This document shows positions 9,066 through 18,578 of a DNA stretch of 54,690 nt, piece after piece (the first letter of the stretch is position 1; the number at the start of each line of letters is the position of its first letter). Position numbers and translations under genes: made by a program. Below the pieces are notes generated by a model, which did no database searches, was not told the DNA's origin, and saw nothing but the letters and a program-made list of their open reading frames with translations. Origin of the DNA: a virus (lineage: Duplodnaviria > Caudoviricetes). The stretch covers positions 1-54,690 of the IMG/VR virus record IMGVR_UViG_3300037246_000474. One strand, given 5' to 3'.

Positions 9066-9752
9066 CTAAAGTGCGACTCTGAGTTTGCCGTGTTCGTCAC
9101 GGTTTCGAGCCTGATTGTTTTTCTGAGCATTACCATTCCATGTTGCCAGTGTAGATTTCCAACTGGTCATTGGCTTACCCTTGTTGTTCGACCAAGGTGG
9201 ATTTTCGTTTGAATATTTATCATGGAAAGCACGTGCGTTTACTTGGTAATCTTTCTCTTGAATATATGAGCTAACATCTTGGAGAGTAGGCGGTATCATA
9301 GGCTCAATCTTCACACTATGTTTCTTCTTATCTATTCTCTTCTTCTCTATTCTTATCTGTGTCCCACTTTTTGGCGTAAGTCCTTTAGGCTCAACGATCT
9401 TTAATTCCTGCTCCTGTTCTGCTTCTAGTCTGCTGTTGATCTGCTTCTGTTCTGCTTCTGACCTGATCTCGATGAGCTTCGACTCTGCTAGTTGTCTGAT
9501 TGTGGATGTTAGGCACCTATCTTTAAGCCTGAAACCTTGGGATTTTAGATAGTCATTATCCAGTAAAACAGGAGCCTTAGTTTGTAGCTCAAGACGTATA
9601 AAATTAATAAATCGCATCTGATCTATCTCGCATAATCGTGTCCAACCGTGGTCATTATAACAGCCAAGATGGAATTTAATCCACTTAGTATCCCTGTCTT
9701 TATATCCAGTATTATGTTTATCGGTATTAATCACGTGCAAATACTCCATCAA
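9066..9752 (-). CDS. putative replication initiator (lambda O/DnaD-like)
   Basis: WIKFH N-terminus, repeat-rich linker, C-terminal PPTLQDV...WKSTLATW; adjacent to the helicase. Confidence 0.7.
   Translation of the reverse strand: MMEYLHVINTDKHNTGYKDRDTKWIKFHLGCYNDHGWTRLCEIDQMRFINFIRLELQTKAPVLLDNDYLKSQGFRLKDRCLTSTIRQLAESKLIEIRSEAEQKQINSRLEAEQEQELKIVEPKGLTPKSGTQIRIEKKRIDKKKHSVKIEPMIPPTLQDVSSYIQEKDYQVNARAFHDKYSNENPPWSNNKGKPMTSWKSTLATWNGNAQKNNQARNRDEHGKLRVAL
9320..9460. repeat. iteron-like repeats plus pyrimidine/AT tract (candidate origin)
   Basis: CTGCT(C/T)CTGTTCTGCTTCT at 9408-9426 and 9441-9459; TTCTTATCT/TTCTCT tract at 9320-9360. Confidence 0.45.
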
Positions 9753-9757
9753 TCCTC

Positions 9758-10399
9758 CTATTCCTTATAAACTTGTTTGTTATGAATGCATCTGTTTGGG
9801 CTACCCTCTCGTATGCTGTCAAACTCCTTGTTCATCTCTTTCGCCTCAACGCATTCAGGACAAATTCGGTTGCCTGGACCTGCCGAAGTGAAGTAATGTT
9901 CGCCTAGAGCGTCCTCAGCACTCAGCATGCCTAAGCATCTACGCCTCTTACCATCAAAAGGTGGTAGTTTTAGCTCAGGAAGCCATATCTGGTTGATTGC
10001 ATCCTCAATTTGTTCCTCTTCTGTACGTTCCAGTGGATTCTCTTTACGTTTCTGCTTCCAGTTATACTCAACAGTCCTCTGGTTTTTTAGTTGACACAAT
10101 GTGCGATGATCTACAAATAGATGCCTGATATCTTTTGGTCGGTTACAAATCTCCTGATTAGCGTTTGCTTTATATGTCATTACTTCGCCACATATCTTAC
10201 ACTCCCTACCCTCTGTATTTAATGCTTGGTTATTAGTCTTCAACCTTGCTGATCTATCCAACTGACACTGAGATTGTGTCTTGGTGACTTTAGGTTGACC
10301 ACACACAGTTTCGTTTTTGTTATAATACTTCCTTAGTTGTGTACCACACTCAGTACAGTGTCTTGGTTCTCTCGGTATCACTCTATGATTTTTTCCCAA
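9758..10399 (-). CDS. multi-zinc-finger protein
   Basis: CTEC, CKIC, CPEC and further Cys residues. Confidence 0.7.
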   Translation of the reverse strand: MGKNHRVIPREPRHCTECGTQLRKYYNKNETVCGQPKVTKTQSQCQLDRSARLKTNNQALNTEGRECKICGEVMTYKANANQEICNRPKDIRHLFVDHRTLCQLKNQRTVEYNWKQKRKENPLERTEEEQIEDAINQIWLPELKLPPFDGKRRRCLGMLSAEDALGEHYFTSAGPGNRICPECVEAKEMNKEFDSIREGSPNRCIHNKQVYKE

Positions 10400-10625
10400 C
10401 CCTTACCACCTTTCCATCGAATGTGTGACATACTTTAAATGTAGAATAATTATCCAGACATGACATTTCCTCTCGAACATACCACTCCGGAGAATATCCG
10501 TAGTCAACAAAATGTACGTTCTGCATATTGTAATCAAATGCCTGTTGTTTGTTCATACCTGCCATGCTGACCAGTAGCTCACGGTATAATTTGTGCCACT
10601 CGGCTTTGTTCAATATGCTCTCCAC
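10383..10625 (-). CDS. hypothetical protein
   Basis: overlapping packing on the - strand. Confidence 0.55.
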   Translation of the reverse strand: MESILNKAEWHKLYRELLVSMAGMNKQQAFDYNMQNVHFVDYGYSPEWYVREEMSCLDNYSTFKVCHTFDGKVVRVGKKS

Positions 10626-10903
10626 ATTGCCTTGTCACCGTTTTTGTGCTTGAACAGGGTGGCTAGGCTACCATTAACTACTACCATCACGTAGCCTTGA
10701 GCGAGGAAGTATTCGGTAGGACGGAATTTATGCCTGATAAGTGATTTGACTTTGTACTCAGGGTCTGGCTCAAATGCTTCCGCATTGTCCATCATGTATA
10801 TCAGTTTGGTTAACGTTTTGTTCCAGTCACCAGAGAACTTTGTGAATTTTCTATAATTTTCTTGCGCATGTTTAGATATGTATACATCGTTCTGAGTTTT
10901 CAT
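10610..10903 (-). CDS. hypothetical protein
   Basis: GGAG SD; ISKHAQENY motif. Confidence 0.7.
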   Translation of the reverse strand: MKTQNDVYISKHAQENYRKFTKFSGDWNKTLTKLIYMMDNAEAFEPDPEYKVKSLIRHKFRPTEYFLAQGYVMVVVNGSLATLFKHKNGDKAMWRAY

Positions 10904-10904
10904 G

Positions 10905-11000
10905 TTATCTCCAAATAAATTTATTAATAGCGTATATAAGTGGCACTGAGATTATTACTCCGATTGCATATCCTATTAATACAGGTACTAATATCTCCAT
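10905..11000 (-). CDS. 31-aa single-TM membrane peptide (not in the ORF track)
   Basis: AAGGGGGT SD; MEILVPVLIGYAIGVIISVPLIYAINKFIWR. Confidence 0.55.
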   Translation of the reverse strand: MEILVPVLIGYAIGVIISVPLIYAINKFIWR

Positions 11001-11012
11001 CTTACCCCCTTT

Positions 11013-11047
11013 ATTACCCCATTTAAAAATTCATTACCCCATTTAAA
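11013..11047. repeat. 15-bp direct repeat ATTACCCCATTTAAA x2
   Basis: copies at 11013-11027 and 11033-11047, 20-bp period. Confidence 0.85.
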
Positions 11048-11097
11048 TCGATCAGGAAGGAGTATGGGAAAATACTCCCTCCCGAAAGATAACACAT

Positions 11098-11511
11098 CTA
11101 CAAACTATACAAGGTGACATGTATTCCAACATGAGCTACAGCGTAGAACTTCCTACACTCGTCATACCCAATTATCTTACTGTCATCCGTGTACACTATC
11201 TTGTTCATTGCGTCTTCGATACCCTTTATGTAGTTACTGAGATCAGGCTTTACCTCTGGATATTCTCTGGTCACAGACTTCGGACGTTTGATGAATATCT
11301 TACATGCCATTATCATTGGTTCATCGATAATATTATCAGGCAAGTCCAGACTCAGTAGTTTAATAAAGTCCTGCTTGAACTTCTTGGAACGTGCAGGGTC
11401 ATAGACGGTAGCGAACGGCTTAGTACCATCTTTCTTTGTTATCACCCTCACCCTCGGACGTTCCTGTGCATGTGGTTCTATAGGGAAGAACCTGTCAAAT
11501 AATATCTTCAA
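11098..11511 (-). CDS. rusA: RusA-family Holliday junction resolvase
   Basis: KPDLSNYIKGIEDAM...DDSKI. Confidence 0.92.
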   Translation of the reverse strand: MKILFDRFFPIEPHAQERPRVRVITKKDGTKPFATVYDPARSKKFKQDFIKLLSLDLPDNIIDEPMIMACKIFIKRPKSVTREYPEVKPDLSNYIKGIEDAMNKIVYTDDSKIIGYDECRKFYAVAHVGIHVTLYSL

Positions 11512-12551
11512 GCAATCACCTTCTTGAACTCTTTCTCACAGTAATCGATAACCATCTTGCAGTCATCAGTACCCACACTCTCCATGTCTGGATAACCCAT
11601 ACCGCCTAGCAGATCAGGTATTCTCTTGTCAAGAGCAAATTCGTTCTTCTTGTCAAGCTTCTCGATTAAAGCAAATATTTCACTTCGGAAATCCTCAGCA
11701 GGTAACTCACTGCCCTTGTCATCTTCAACCGTACCATCATCAGTAGGTATCGGTGATTTCTTCTCTTCCTTCTGTGTCAGCCTATCAGCAAGATCATTTT
11801 TGTTGGAGTCAGTAATCTGCGTCATTGGCGTTACGTTTGCTTCCTTCAAATCCATATCATCGTACTCGTCTTTCTCTGCGGCACTTGCTAATTCTGCTGC
11901 AAATGGTAAGAACTTACAAAGCTTCTTGGTCGCAGTCTTTCTCCACATCTCTTCTTCCCACTTAGTCCATGGAGAGTACTTACTGTTCGCACCCATACTG
12001 CTATTCCTGATCTTGTCGATATCAGCTTTGGTCATAACTTCAAAGTGATGTCCACCATCAGTGAATTTAGCTACAGCATATGCATACTTAAGCTTGCCAC
12101 GGGGACCAATAGCAGGTCGATGAACGAGCTTTTCGTCCAGTCCATATTCATACTCAAAGTAATCCTGCTCGTACACTGGTTGCGCAGACAGGGACTTAAT
12201 GAATCCACTTCTACGTGCAAGTGTTATCAATCCCTTATAGCCGATCTGGAATTGAGCCTCGAACACTCTCTTCTTCCTATCTTCATAAGGAATGATGTAC
12301 GCCTGACCAGTAATACCATCTGGTTCCAGACCAAGAGATGCGGAAGCCTTAACACAATCCAACATAGACTCAAAGGTACACTTCTCCAAATCTGGATTAC
12401 CTTTAAAGCTGTTAAGGACAACACTAATCAACCTCTTGGAGTTGATGTTACTCGTACAAGCCTCTGCGATCTCCTGTTGTTTCTGGATTAGGAAATCTTT
12501 CACGCTTCCTGCTTTCGTTGCTATTTCATTCTTCTGACTGGTCAACGTCAT
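11508..12551 (-). CDS. recT: RecT-family single-strand annealing protein
   Basis: SLGLEPD...AYIIPY...QIGYKGLITLARRSG...EMWRKT; start at ATG 12551 or TTG 12545. Confidence 0.93.
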   Translation of the reverse strand: MTLTSQKNEIATKAGSVKDFLIQKQQEIAEACTSNINSKRLISVVLNSFKGNPDLEKCTFESMLDCVKASASLGLEPDGITGQAYIIPYEDRKKRVFEAQFQIGYKGLITLARRSGFIKSLSAQPVYEQDYFEYEYGLDEKLVHRPAIGPRGKLKYAYAVAKFTDGGHHFEVMTKADIDKIRNSSMGANSKYSPWTKWEEEMWRKTATKKLCKFLPFAAELASAAEKDEYDDMDLKEANVTPMTQITDSNKNDLADRLTQKEEKKSPIPTDDGTVEDDKGSELPAEDFRSEIFALIEKLDKKNEFALDKRIPDLLGGMGYPDMESVGTDDCKMVIDYCEKEFKKVIA

Positions 12552-13530
12552 CTCCTTCGCTTGCTCCAAGTTTGATAACATCACTAACTTCTGTTTCTTC
12601 TCCATCAGCGAATGCACCTTCTAATAATAAATCCTTATACCACTCCGGAAACCCTGCGATAACAGACTTCGACAATCGCTTCCATGCCCATCGGAACAAA
12701 TCATTCTTGATCTCTTCCGTACACTCATTAAGAATATCACACCTGACCTCTTCTATCAGGATACCGATATCTCTTGGCTCATTAACAAGCTGACCATCTT
12801 CCTTCAAGTGCTGTACTGCTTTCATGAATCGTGCCTCACTGTGATACTTTGCTCCAAGGGTACCTATCATATCCAGACCTGATGGATTAGCTTCCTTGTA
12901 GTCCTTATTGTGAACTTCCTTGAACTTATTTGAGACAAACTTCGCCATCAACACCTTACCGTCCTTGCCAAATCTCTCATAATTCTTAGCGACTACTCCC
13001 TCTATCTGCTGACCACCAAGAATAGATTCACGATCTAACATCTGGATGAATACTTCTGCATCCACGACCTTGCCGTAGTATATCAGAGGCACACATTCTA
13101 ACCCGATATAATCTGACATGGTCTTCATCTCTTCATACGAGAGATAGTCTTCATGCCCTCTGGCTATATCAAAGATAATCAGGTTCTTCGTTGGTGTCCT
13201 GTCATATGCCAGTACGTTATGCTTCGGCTTTGCTAAGTACTCTGCACGGTAAGTATATCCATCAGTCAACTGATCTGCTATCTCCCTCACAGTGTCTACT
13301 GCCTTACCGAACATGCCAAGAATGGCTCTACCTTCATCTAGGCTAATCTGTTGGTTCTTGGACTTACATCTTATTTCACCATCAAAGATACCGAACGAGA
13401 ATTGGGAACCATCAACCTTTTCCGTTATGGTAACTTCATCTAAGAAGATACCTTGTAAGTAGCGATGCCCTACCGCCAAGCTTTTCGGATACGCATGCCA
13501 ACTTGTAGTGATATCAATTGTCTCTTCCAT
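12526..13530 (-). CDS. ATP-dependent RNA ligase (Rnl2-like nucleotidyltransferase)
   Basis: motif I TEKVDGS, motif IIIa IFDI, motif IV EGVVAK, motif V AKFVSNKFKE. Confidence 0.8.
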   Translation of the reverse strand: MEETIDITTSWHAYPKSLAVGHRYLQGIFLDEVTITEKVDGSQFSFGIFDGEIRCKSKNQQISLDEGRAILGMFGKAVDTVREIADQLTDGYTYRAEYLAKPKHNVLAYDRTPTKNLIIFDIARGHEDYLSYEEMKTMSDYIGLECVPLIYYGKVVDAEVFIQMLDRESILGGQQIEGVVAKNYERFGKDGKVLMAKFVSNKFKEVHNKDYKEANPSGLDMIGTLGAKYHSEARFMKAVQHLKEDGQLVNEPRDIGILIEEVRCDILNECTEEIKNDLFRWAWKRLSKSVIAGFPEWYKDLLLEGAFADGEETEVSDVIKLGASEGDDVDQSEE

Positions 13531-14026
13531 CTCTTACCCACCTTTCTTTATTTGCTTTAGCTGTGTTTTCTGACTGTGTTATCCATTGACAATTATTTGG
13601 CTCATAATTCTTATCCCCATCCAATCTATCAATAGTAAGATTGTCTTTATACCCATTATCCAAAGCCCATGTTCTGAAATTAACATAATCATCCCATTCA
13701 TCACAGACCGCAATGCCACGTCCACCATACCACTTATAATTCTGTCTCTTGGGATTATAGCACCTCTGCCTCATGCCATGAAATATAACATTCAATCTTT
13801 CGTACCTACCACCATGGGTTGTATTTGAAGCCCTTATCATCTCTGTAGTTGAACACCCACATGACTTAGTGTTGCCTGAATGCAGATTGTTGCCTACCAC
13901 GGTTATTGACTTTCCACAATCACAATTACAATTCCATGTTACCCTGTTGGTCTTGCTTCTGACTCCTTGGCTGATTGCAGTTAATTTGCCAAACTTAATA
14001 CCTGATAGGTCAACAATCTGTCTCAT
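13514..14026 (-). CDS. HNH homing endonuclease-like protein
   Basis: KFGKLT...CNCDCG...SCGC; YGGRGIAVCDEW...LTIDRLD...YEPNNCQW. Confidence 0.85.
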   Translation of the reverse strand: MRQIVDLSGIKFGKLTAISQGVRSKTNRVTWNCNCDCGKSITVVGNNLHSGNTKSCGCSTTEMIRASNTTHGGRYERLNVIFHGMRQRCYNPKRQNYKWYGGRGIAVCDEWDDYVNFRTWALDNGYKDNLTIDRLDGDKNYEPNNCQWITQSENTAKANKERWVRDGRDN

Positions 14027-15003
14027 TACTGTTTTTTCTCCTTCGTTGGATAAAATCGTAGTGACTGACTGCCGTTTTCGTAAGCATAGTCAATCGCCAT
14101 ATTGGGATGATCTTTGAACAGCTTCTTGGTATTGTAGTAGGTCTTCTTCTCCCATTTAAAGCTGACCTTGCCCACTGTTGACTGCACCTTGTGTCTGGCT
14201 CCCATATGAGTAATGATTGCCCTCTTCGTCTTCTCTACCAATGCTTCTGCACGTTTCGCCAGTGCGAGGTTGTCTTTGTGTTCGATCAATGTCATATCGA
14301 ATTCAGGTTCATCAATAAGTTCTTCATACTCTGAGTTTTTGATAAACTCGAAATCAACTTCATTCCACTCGTCCTTCCAACAGGTAACTCTCCAGTCACA
14401 CATCTTACATCTGCTATCGCCATAGTCGAGACGTTCCGGAGAAACCCTGTTTGTAACATTTTCCCAAAACGCTTTCTCTTGCTCTATGATCTTGTTGATA
14501 AGATTGTCATCCCTCTCCACTGGAACGATCTCCATGTCCCATGCATCAGCACAGAAGATAGCGTACTCCATCGCCTCAGCCTTTGTCACATACATATAGT
14601 GTTGACCTTGAAGTATGTATGCATCAGAGATGCCCTCTCTCTTCATGCGGTAGAAGGAGTCTCTACTCGGACACTTCACTTCCAGTATGCCACTGACTGC
14701 GTCTGCGAATGTAACCTTACCGTCTACATTGGCAAGCATCCATGGATATACCTTGTCCTGAAAATGCTCCTTCGTCCTGTGTACCGTGTGACCAGATTTA
14801 TGCTCATAGAAACCAACAGCAATGTCTTCTAGTATGATACCCCTCTGCATGTTAGGATTGACATCATCAAAGTCTGGCTTCACTCCTGTCTTGTCGTGGT
14901 ACAGCTTGAGCTTACAACCATATGGTTCTAGCCCGAAGACACTGGAGACATCACTGCCTCCAATGCCCTTACGTCTTGCTTCTTTCTGTTCTGGTGTTAA
15001 CAA
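14026..15003 (-). CDS. YqaJ-family (lambda exonuclease-like) nuclease
   Basis: RRKGIGGSD, ANVDG, LEVKC, YILQGQHY. Confidence 0.92.
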   Translation of the reverse strand: MLTPEQKEARRKGIGGSDVSSVFGLEPYGCKLKLYHDKTGVKPDFDDVNPNMQRGIILEDIAVGFYEHKSGHTVHRTKEHFQDKVYPWMLANVDGKVTFADAVSGILEVKCPSRDSFYRMKREGISDAYILQGQHYMYVTKAEAMEYAIFCADAWDMEIVPVERDDNLINKIIEQEKAFWENVTNRVSPERLDYGDSRCKMCDWRVTCWKDEWNEVDFEFIKNSEYEELIDEPEFDMTLIEHKDNLALAKRAEALVEKTKRAIITHMGARHKVQSTVGKVSFKWEKKTYYNTKKLFKDHPNMAIDYAYENGSQSLRFYPTKEKKQ

Positions 15004-15012
15004 AGTACCCCC

Positions 15013-15231
15013 CTATCGGTTAGAAAGTTCTATACATCCGTGGTAATCATCGAAGCGTTCTATTTCAAACGTTCCCTTGCCCAAACTAGCTCCTACTTCT
15101 ATAGCGTCATCGGATATCTCAAGTACAACAATAGCGTTTTCTGCATCGGAAAATAACGCTACCACATTTTCATTAATCATCAACTTCGGGAATTCTATCT
15201 TACTGCTTTTCCCTTTCATCTTTCCCCTCAT
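15013..15231 (-). CDS. hypothetical protein
   Basis: AAGGAGG SD. Confidence 0.65.
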   Translation of the reverse strand: MRGKMKGKSSKIEFPKLMINENVVALFSDAENAIVVLEISDDAIEVGASLGKGTFEIERFDDYHGCIELSNR

Positions 15232-15251
15232 CCTTGCCTCCTTTCGTTTTA

Positions 15252-15458
15252 TTATTCCATCGTGTTGAATACCATGCTCATAAAATCATGAACAAAGTCT
15301 CTGTCTATTTTCGACCCATAATCCAAGATCGCATCTGGCACCGTGTCACAGTGTCGAATCATTTCCTTGAACTGCGTAAACTCTTTCTCTGTCTCAAAAC
15401 GAATGTTCAAGTTTTTTGGTTGCCATTCTTTGTCTACATTATCTACAGTCACTATCAT
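15252..15458 (-). CDS. hypothetical protein
   Basis: ATGA coupling to the upstream gene. Confidence 0.65.
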   Translation of the reverse strand: MIVTVDNVDKEWQPKNLNIRFETEKEFTQFKEMIRHCDTVPDAILDYGSKIDRDFVHDFMSMVFNTME

Positions 15459-16936
15459 CTTTGTCTCCGTAAAGTTTCCCTGATCTCAGAGATATCTGTA
15501 TTCCTTATCAGCACTCCGTCTCTGAACACCAATTCTAAAGCGCAGTTCTTAACATGGTCCCACGTACTCTGGTCATGCATGTAGAAGTTACCATCTGAAG
15601 CCATGTGAACTGCAGTCAGCCCTTTGGCACTATTCTTCGTTCCATCGTCCGTTTTCGGCTTCTTAAATATCTCGACAGGCTTACCATCGATCTCGGCATA
15701 AGTAGCCTTTACTGCGAATCCAAATACATCTCTCGTTGTGTACTGGTACGTGTATGACCCTATCCCAAATACCACATTAGTACTTGCAAACCCTTTATAA
15801 GCGAGTCTGGAACATATGTCTCTACATCTATCCAGAGTGATGCTATCCCCATATATAAGCCCGATATGTTTGTCAAGTTGTTTGTATCCTTTCTCGGTTG
15901 TTGTACCGCCAAAAGTGTCCCATAATAACTCTACAGCACCTTTATACTCAGGCGAAGTGTAATTGCACTTAAAGTCAGCAGGTTTACCACATATAATATC
16001 TGCAGGGTCACCTGAGTCTGGTCTGATAATCACGGTACCGTCTCTTGCCATTATGATATCCTTCAATCTTGGAAGAGTATCCGTGAGTACCTTAAAGAAG
16101 TCCCATGTATCACATACGATACTTATAGGACCCGTTGGATATACGTCTGTTATCAGCCTCTTGATAGTCTCGTATTCATCATCACCATCACCACCGAGAC
16201 ACATAACACTATGTTCGGTTGCAGGTACTGAGGCTCCGATCAATTCATCAGAACCATTCAGGGAGTAGTACTTCTCAATGAAGTCAACTGCGCCTACTGT
16301 ATCAGTTCCCTTGAATGATAACAAATGTGCCGCACCAGACATAACACCTGCTTCGAATCCAAACATGCCACGACAAGAAAAGTCATGTCCCTGGAAATCA
16401 ATGAAACTAGGGTCACCGCCTGTTCTCTCTGCGTATTGCTCTAATATACCTCTGTACTCATTCGCCATTGTAGCAGAAGTACACCCACCCCATACCGTGG
16501 TACTCATGATAGTTTCAAGGTAGTTTGTGAGCCATTCGAAATCCTTGTTAGTATTCCACATCACCATCATCGGTACTCTCAGGTTAACCCTGCTACCCTC
16601 TGGCACTGCCCTGATCTCCAGTGGCAAGTATCCCAAGTTGTGAAGTGCTTCTATATGCAAAGTGCCTACCTTGCCTACCCCAAGACACTTATCCATACGA
16701 CCCTTGAACTCTGTTATAATTTCAGTCAAATCACGTTCAAAGAAATTCTTATTCCACTGTCTTATCAAGTACTCTTTGATGAAGTACTGCAAGGTGAAAA
16801 ATACTACCCTATCTACCTCTGGCATTCTACTCGCCCTTGGCGTAAGGTTGCTGAACACCAACTCCGTCTCAGGAGGATACTGATACACGTGTCCAGATTT
16901 GTAGAAATCAATTTGATGCAATGGCGATATCTCCAC
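15455..16936 (-). CDS. nicotinamide phosphoribosyltransferase-like protein (Namat/Nampt)
   Basis: IDFYKSGH, HDFSCRG, VPATEHS, IRPDSGDP, IYGDSIT; start probably GTG 16936 or ATG 16942. Confidence 0.93.
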   Translation of the reverse strand: MEISPLHQIDFYKSGHVYQYPPETELVFSNLTPRASRMPEVDRVVFFTLQYFIKEYLIRQWNKNFFERDLTEIITEFKGRMDKCLGVGKVGTLHIEALHNLGYLPLEIRAVPEGSRVNLRVPMMVMWNTNKDFEWLTNYLETIMSTTVWGGCTSATMANEYRGILEQYAERTGGDPSFIDFQGHDFSCRGMFGFEAGVMSGAAHLLSFKGTDTVGAVDFIEKYYSLNGSDELIGASVPATEHSVMCLGGDGDDEYETIKRLITDVYPTGPISIVCDTWDFFKVLTDTLPRLKDIIMARDGTVIIRPDSGDPADIICGKPADFKCNYTSPEYKGAVELLWDTFGGTTTEKGYKQLDKHIGLIYGDSITLDRCRDICSRLAYKGFASTNVVFGIGSYTYQYTTRDVFGFAVKATYAEIDGKPVEIFKKPKTDDGTKNSAKGLTAVHMASDGNFYMHDQSTWDHVKNCALELVFRDGVLIRNTDISEIRETLRRQR

Positions 16937-17375
16937 GGTCATCTCCTTTCTTATAGGTTTTGCGGTTGACTGCAGACCATACACACATGTCAGAACATCC
17001 ATACTTGTCACCAATTTTCTGATAAGAGAATCTACCACATGCATACAGGTCACGCATTTCCTCGGACTCTGCTATTGTGAACTTCTCAGTAGCTCTCCTT
17101 GAATTTGCACCACGGGTATGCCAAACACAATTCTCTGGTTCATAACCTCTATCAGAATCCAACCTGTCAATCGTAAGGCTATCGTCATATCCTGCCCTCA
17201 AAGCCCATGCTACAAAATTCTCGAAAATCTGCCACTCGTCACAAATTGTGATACCTTTGCCACCGTAATACTTATAATCCTTATTCTCTTTACGCTCACA
17301 TCGGTACTTCATATTTCGCCACACAAATCCGAGTTTCTTAACTGCATTACTTCTCAAGTATCTCGACAATTTCAT
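16908..17375 (-). CDS. HNH homing endonuclease-like protein with C-terminal HTH
   Basis: YGGKGITICDEW...LTIDRLD...YEPENCVW; C-terminal SYQKIGDKYGCS. Confidence 0.85.
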   Translation of the reverse strand: MKLSRYLRSNAVKKLGFVWRNMKYRCERKENKDYKYYGGKGITICDEWQIFENFVAWALRAGYDDSLTIDRLDSDRGYEPENCVWHTRGANSRRATEKFTIAESEEMRDLYACGRFSYQKIGDKYGCSDMCVWSAVNRKTYKKGDDRGDIAIASN

Positions 17376-17553
17376 CTCCTAAAAAAGATTTACACTGTTT
17401 ATTAAACCTGTTATAATATAAATTCGCAGGTTTCTTTGCACTGCTTGACACCCTGCCACAACTGTTTCTTAACGGACAGTAGAGAGCCACTGCTTTTATA
17501 GAACTACTCAACTCCACTGGAATCATTCCGTTACATTTAATAGTCAAGCTCAA
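17347..17553 (-). CDS. small Cys-containing protein
   Basis: overlaps both neighbours; CNG...CPLRNSC...C. Confidence 0.55.
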   Translation of the reverse strand: MSLTIKCNGMIPVELSSSIKAVALYCPLRNSCGRVSSSAKKPANLYYNRFNKQCKSFLGDEIVEILEK

Positions 17554-18379
17554 AGCATTTAACTCCCACAGGTGTCGTTAGAACCGTATTCATACTGTTT
17601 GTGGTACCAATATACCTGTACATCTCTTTCAGTTCCTTGACACCTGCAGAGAATATACCGTGACTTACAAACAGGTGCATTTCATTTACATGTCTCTCCC
17701 TGAGCTTCTTACCAAGTGCAAGGAATGTAGCTCCACCATCACAGATATCATCAACAACAACTGCAGTCATACCCATGAGGTTGTTCTGGATATCATCATA
17801 CATTATGGTGTTTCCAATACGTCTCTTGTTGCAGTATACAACGGTATCAAATATCTGAGTATCGTTTGCCAACTTCTCGGCTTTCTTTACCGCACCTGCG
17901 TCCGGAGCTATGAGAGCCAACTTCTTGCCTTGAGGTAGCATGAACTGAATAAAGTCGGTTACCTCTCTGTTGTTGTTCAATACCTTTACCCTCTGGTCCA
18001 TTATAGACAGTGGAACATTGCTGTGGGCATCATACGTTATCACCTTGTCAACCGCCTGAATCAGTATCCATGCCAACACCTTAAAGGAGAAAGACTCTCC
18101 ACGGCTACACACTCTATCCTGCCTTGAGTATGGCAAGTACGGCAAGAATAACTCAATGTACCTTACACCCTGCCTCTGGAGAGCATCACATGCCATGAGT
18201 ATTCTCATGAGATCGTCACTACCCCTAAACCTGCTATTGACTCTTACTGCCTTAGTACCGACAGGCACATCTACCCTTACATATATCTCACCTGCAGGAA
18301 ACTTCGAAGTCTTAAACTCAATAGACTCCCCACACTGCCCAAATCCTTCTGCTAAATTCAATGTTGCATTTATCTGCAT
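17537..18379 (-). CDS. ribose-phosphate pyrophosphokinase-like protein (Adps/Prs)
   Basis: KFPAGE, PYLPYSRQDR, APDAGA, VVDDICDGGATF. Confidence 0.92.
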   Translation of the reverse strand: MQINATLNLAEGFGQCGESIEFKTSKFPAGEIYVRVDVPVGTKAVRVNSRFRGSDDLMRILMACDALQRQGVRYIELFLPYLPYSRQDRVCSRGESFSFKVLAWILIQAVDKVITYDAHSNVPLSIMDQRVKVLNNNREVTDFIQFMLPQGKKLALIAPDAGAVKKAEKLANDTQIFDTVVYCNKRRIGNTIMYDDIQNNLMGMTAVVVDDICDGGATFLALGKKLRERHVNEMHLFVSHGIFSAGVKELKEMYRYIGTTNSMNTVLTTPVGVKCFELDY

Positions 18380-18381
18380 AA

Positions 18382-18576
18382 TTATTCACTCCTTTCTACA
18401 ACCGATAAAGTATCTGGAATAATCTTGAGAGCTTCATCGAGTACCACCTTCACCTCTTTCTCGATGCGAATAAAAGTGACACCCTTCATTTCCGAAGTGA
18501 CTCTTAAGCTACTCCTGATACGCTTTGTAATATAATCACATATCAAATTATGTACACGTTCTTCGATATCATCCAT
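18382..18576 (-). CDS. hypothetical protein
   Basis: AAGGA SD; fills the gap. Confidence 0.6.
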   Translation of the reverse strand: MDDIEERVHNLICDYITKRIRSSLRVTSEMKGVTFIRIEKEVKVVLDEALKIIPDTLSVVERSE

Positions 18577-18578
18577 GG

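Noticed and set aside
13514-17375. Group I introns around the HNH genes
   Set aside because: The flanking genes are intact and the HNH ORFs abut or overlap them, leaving no room for intron core sequence
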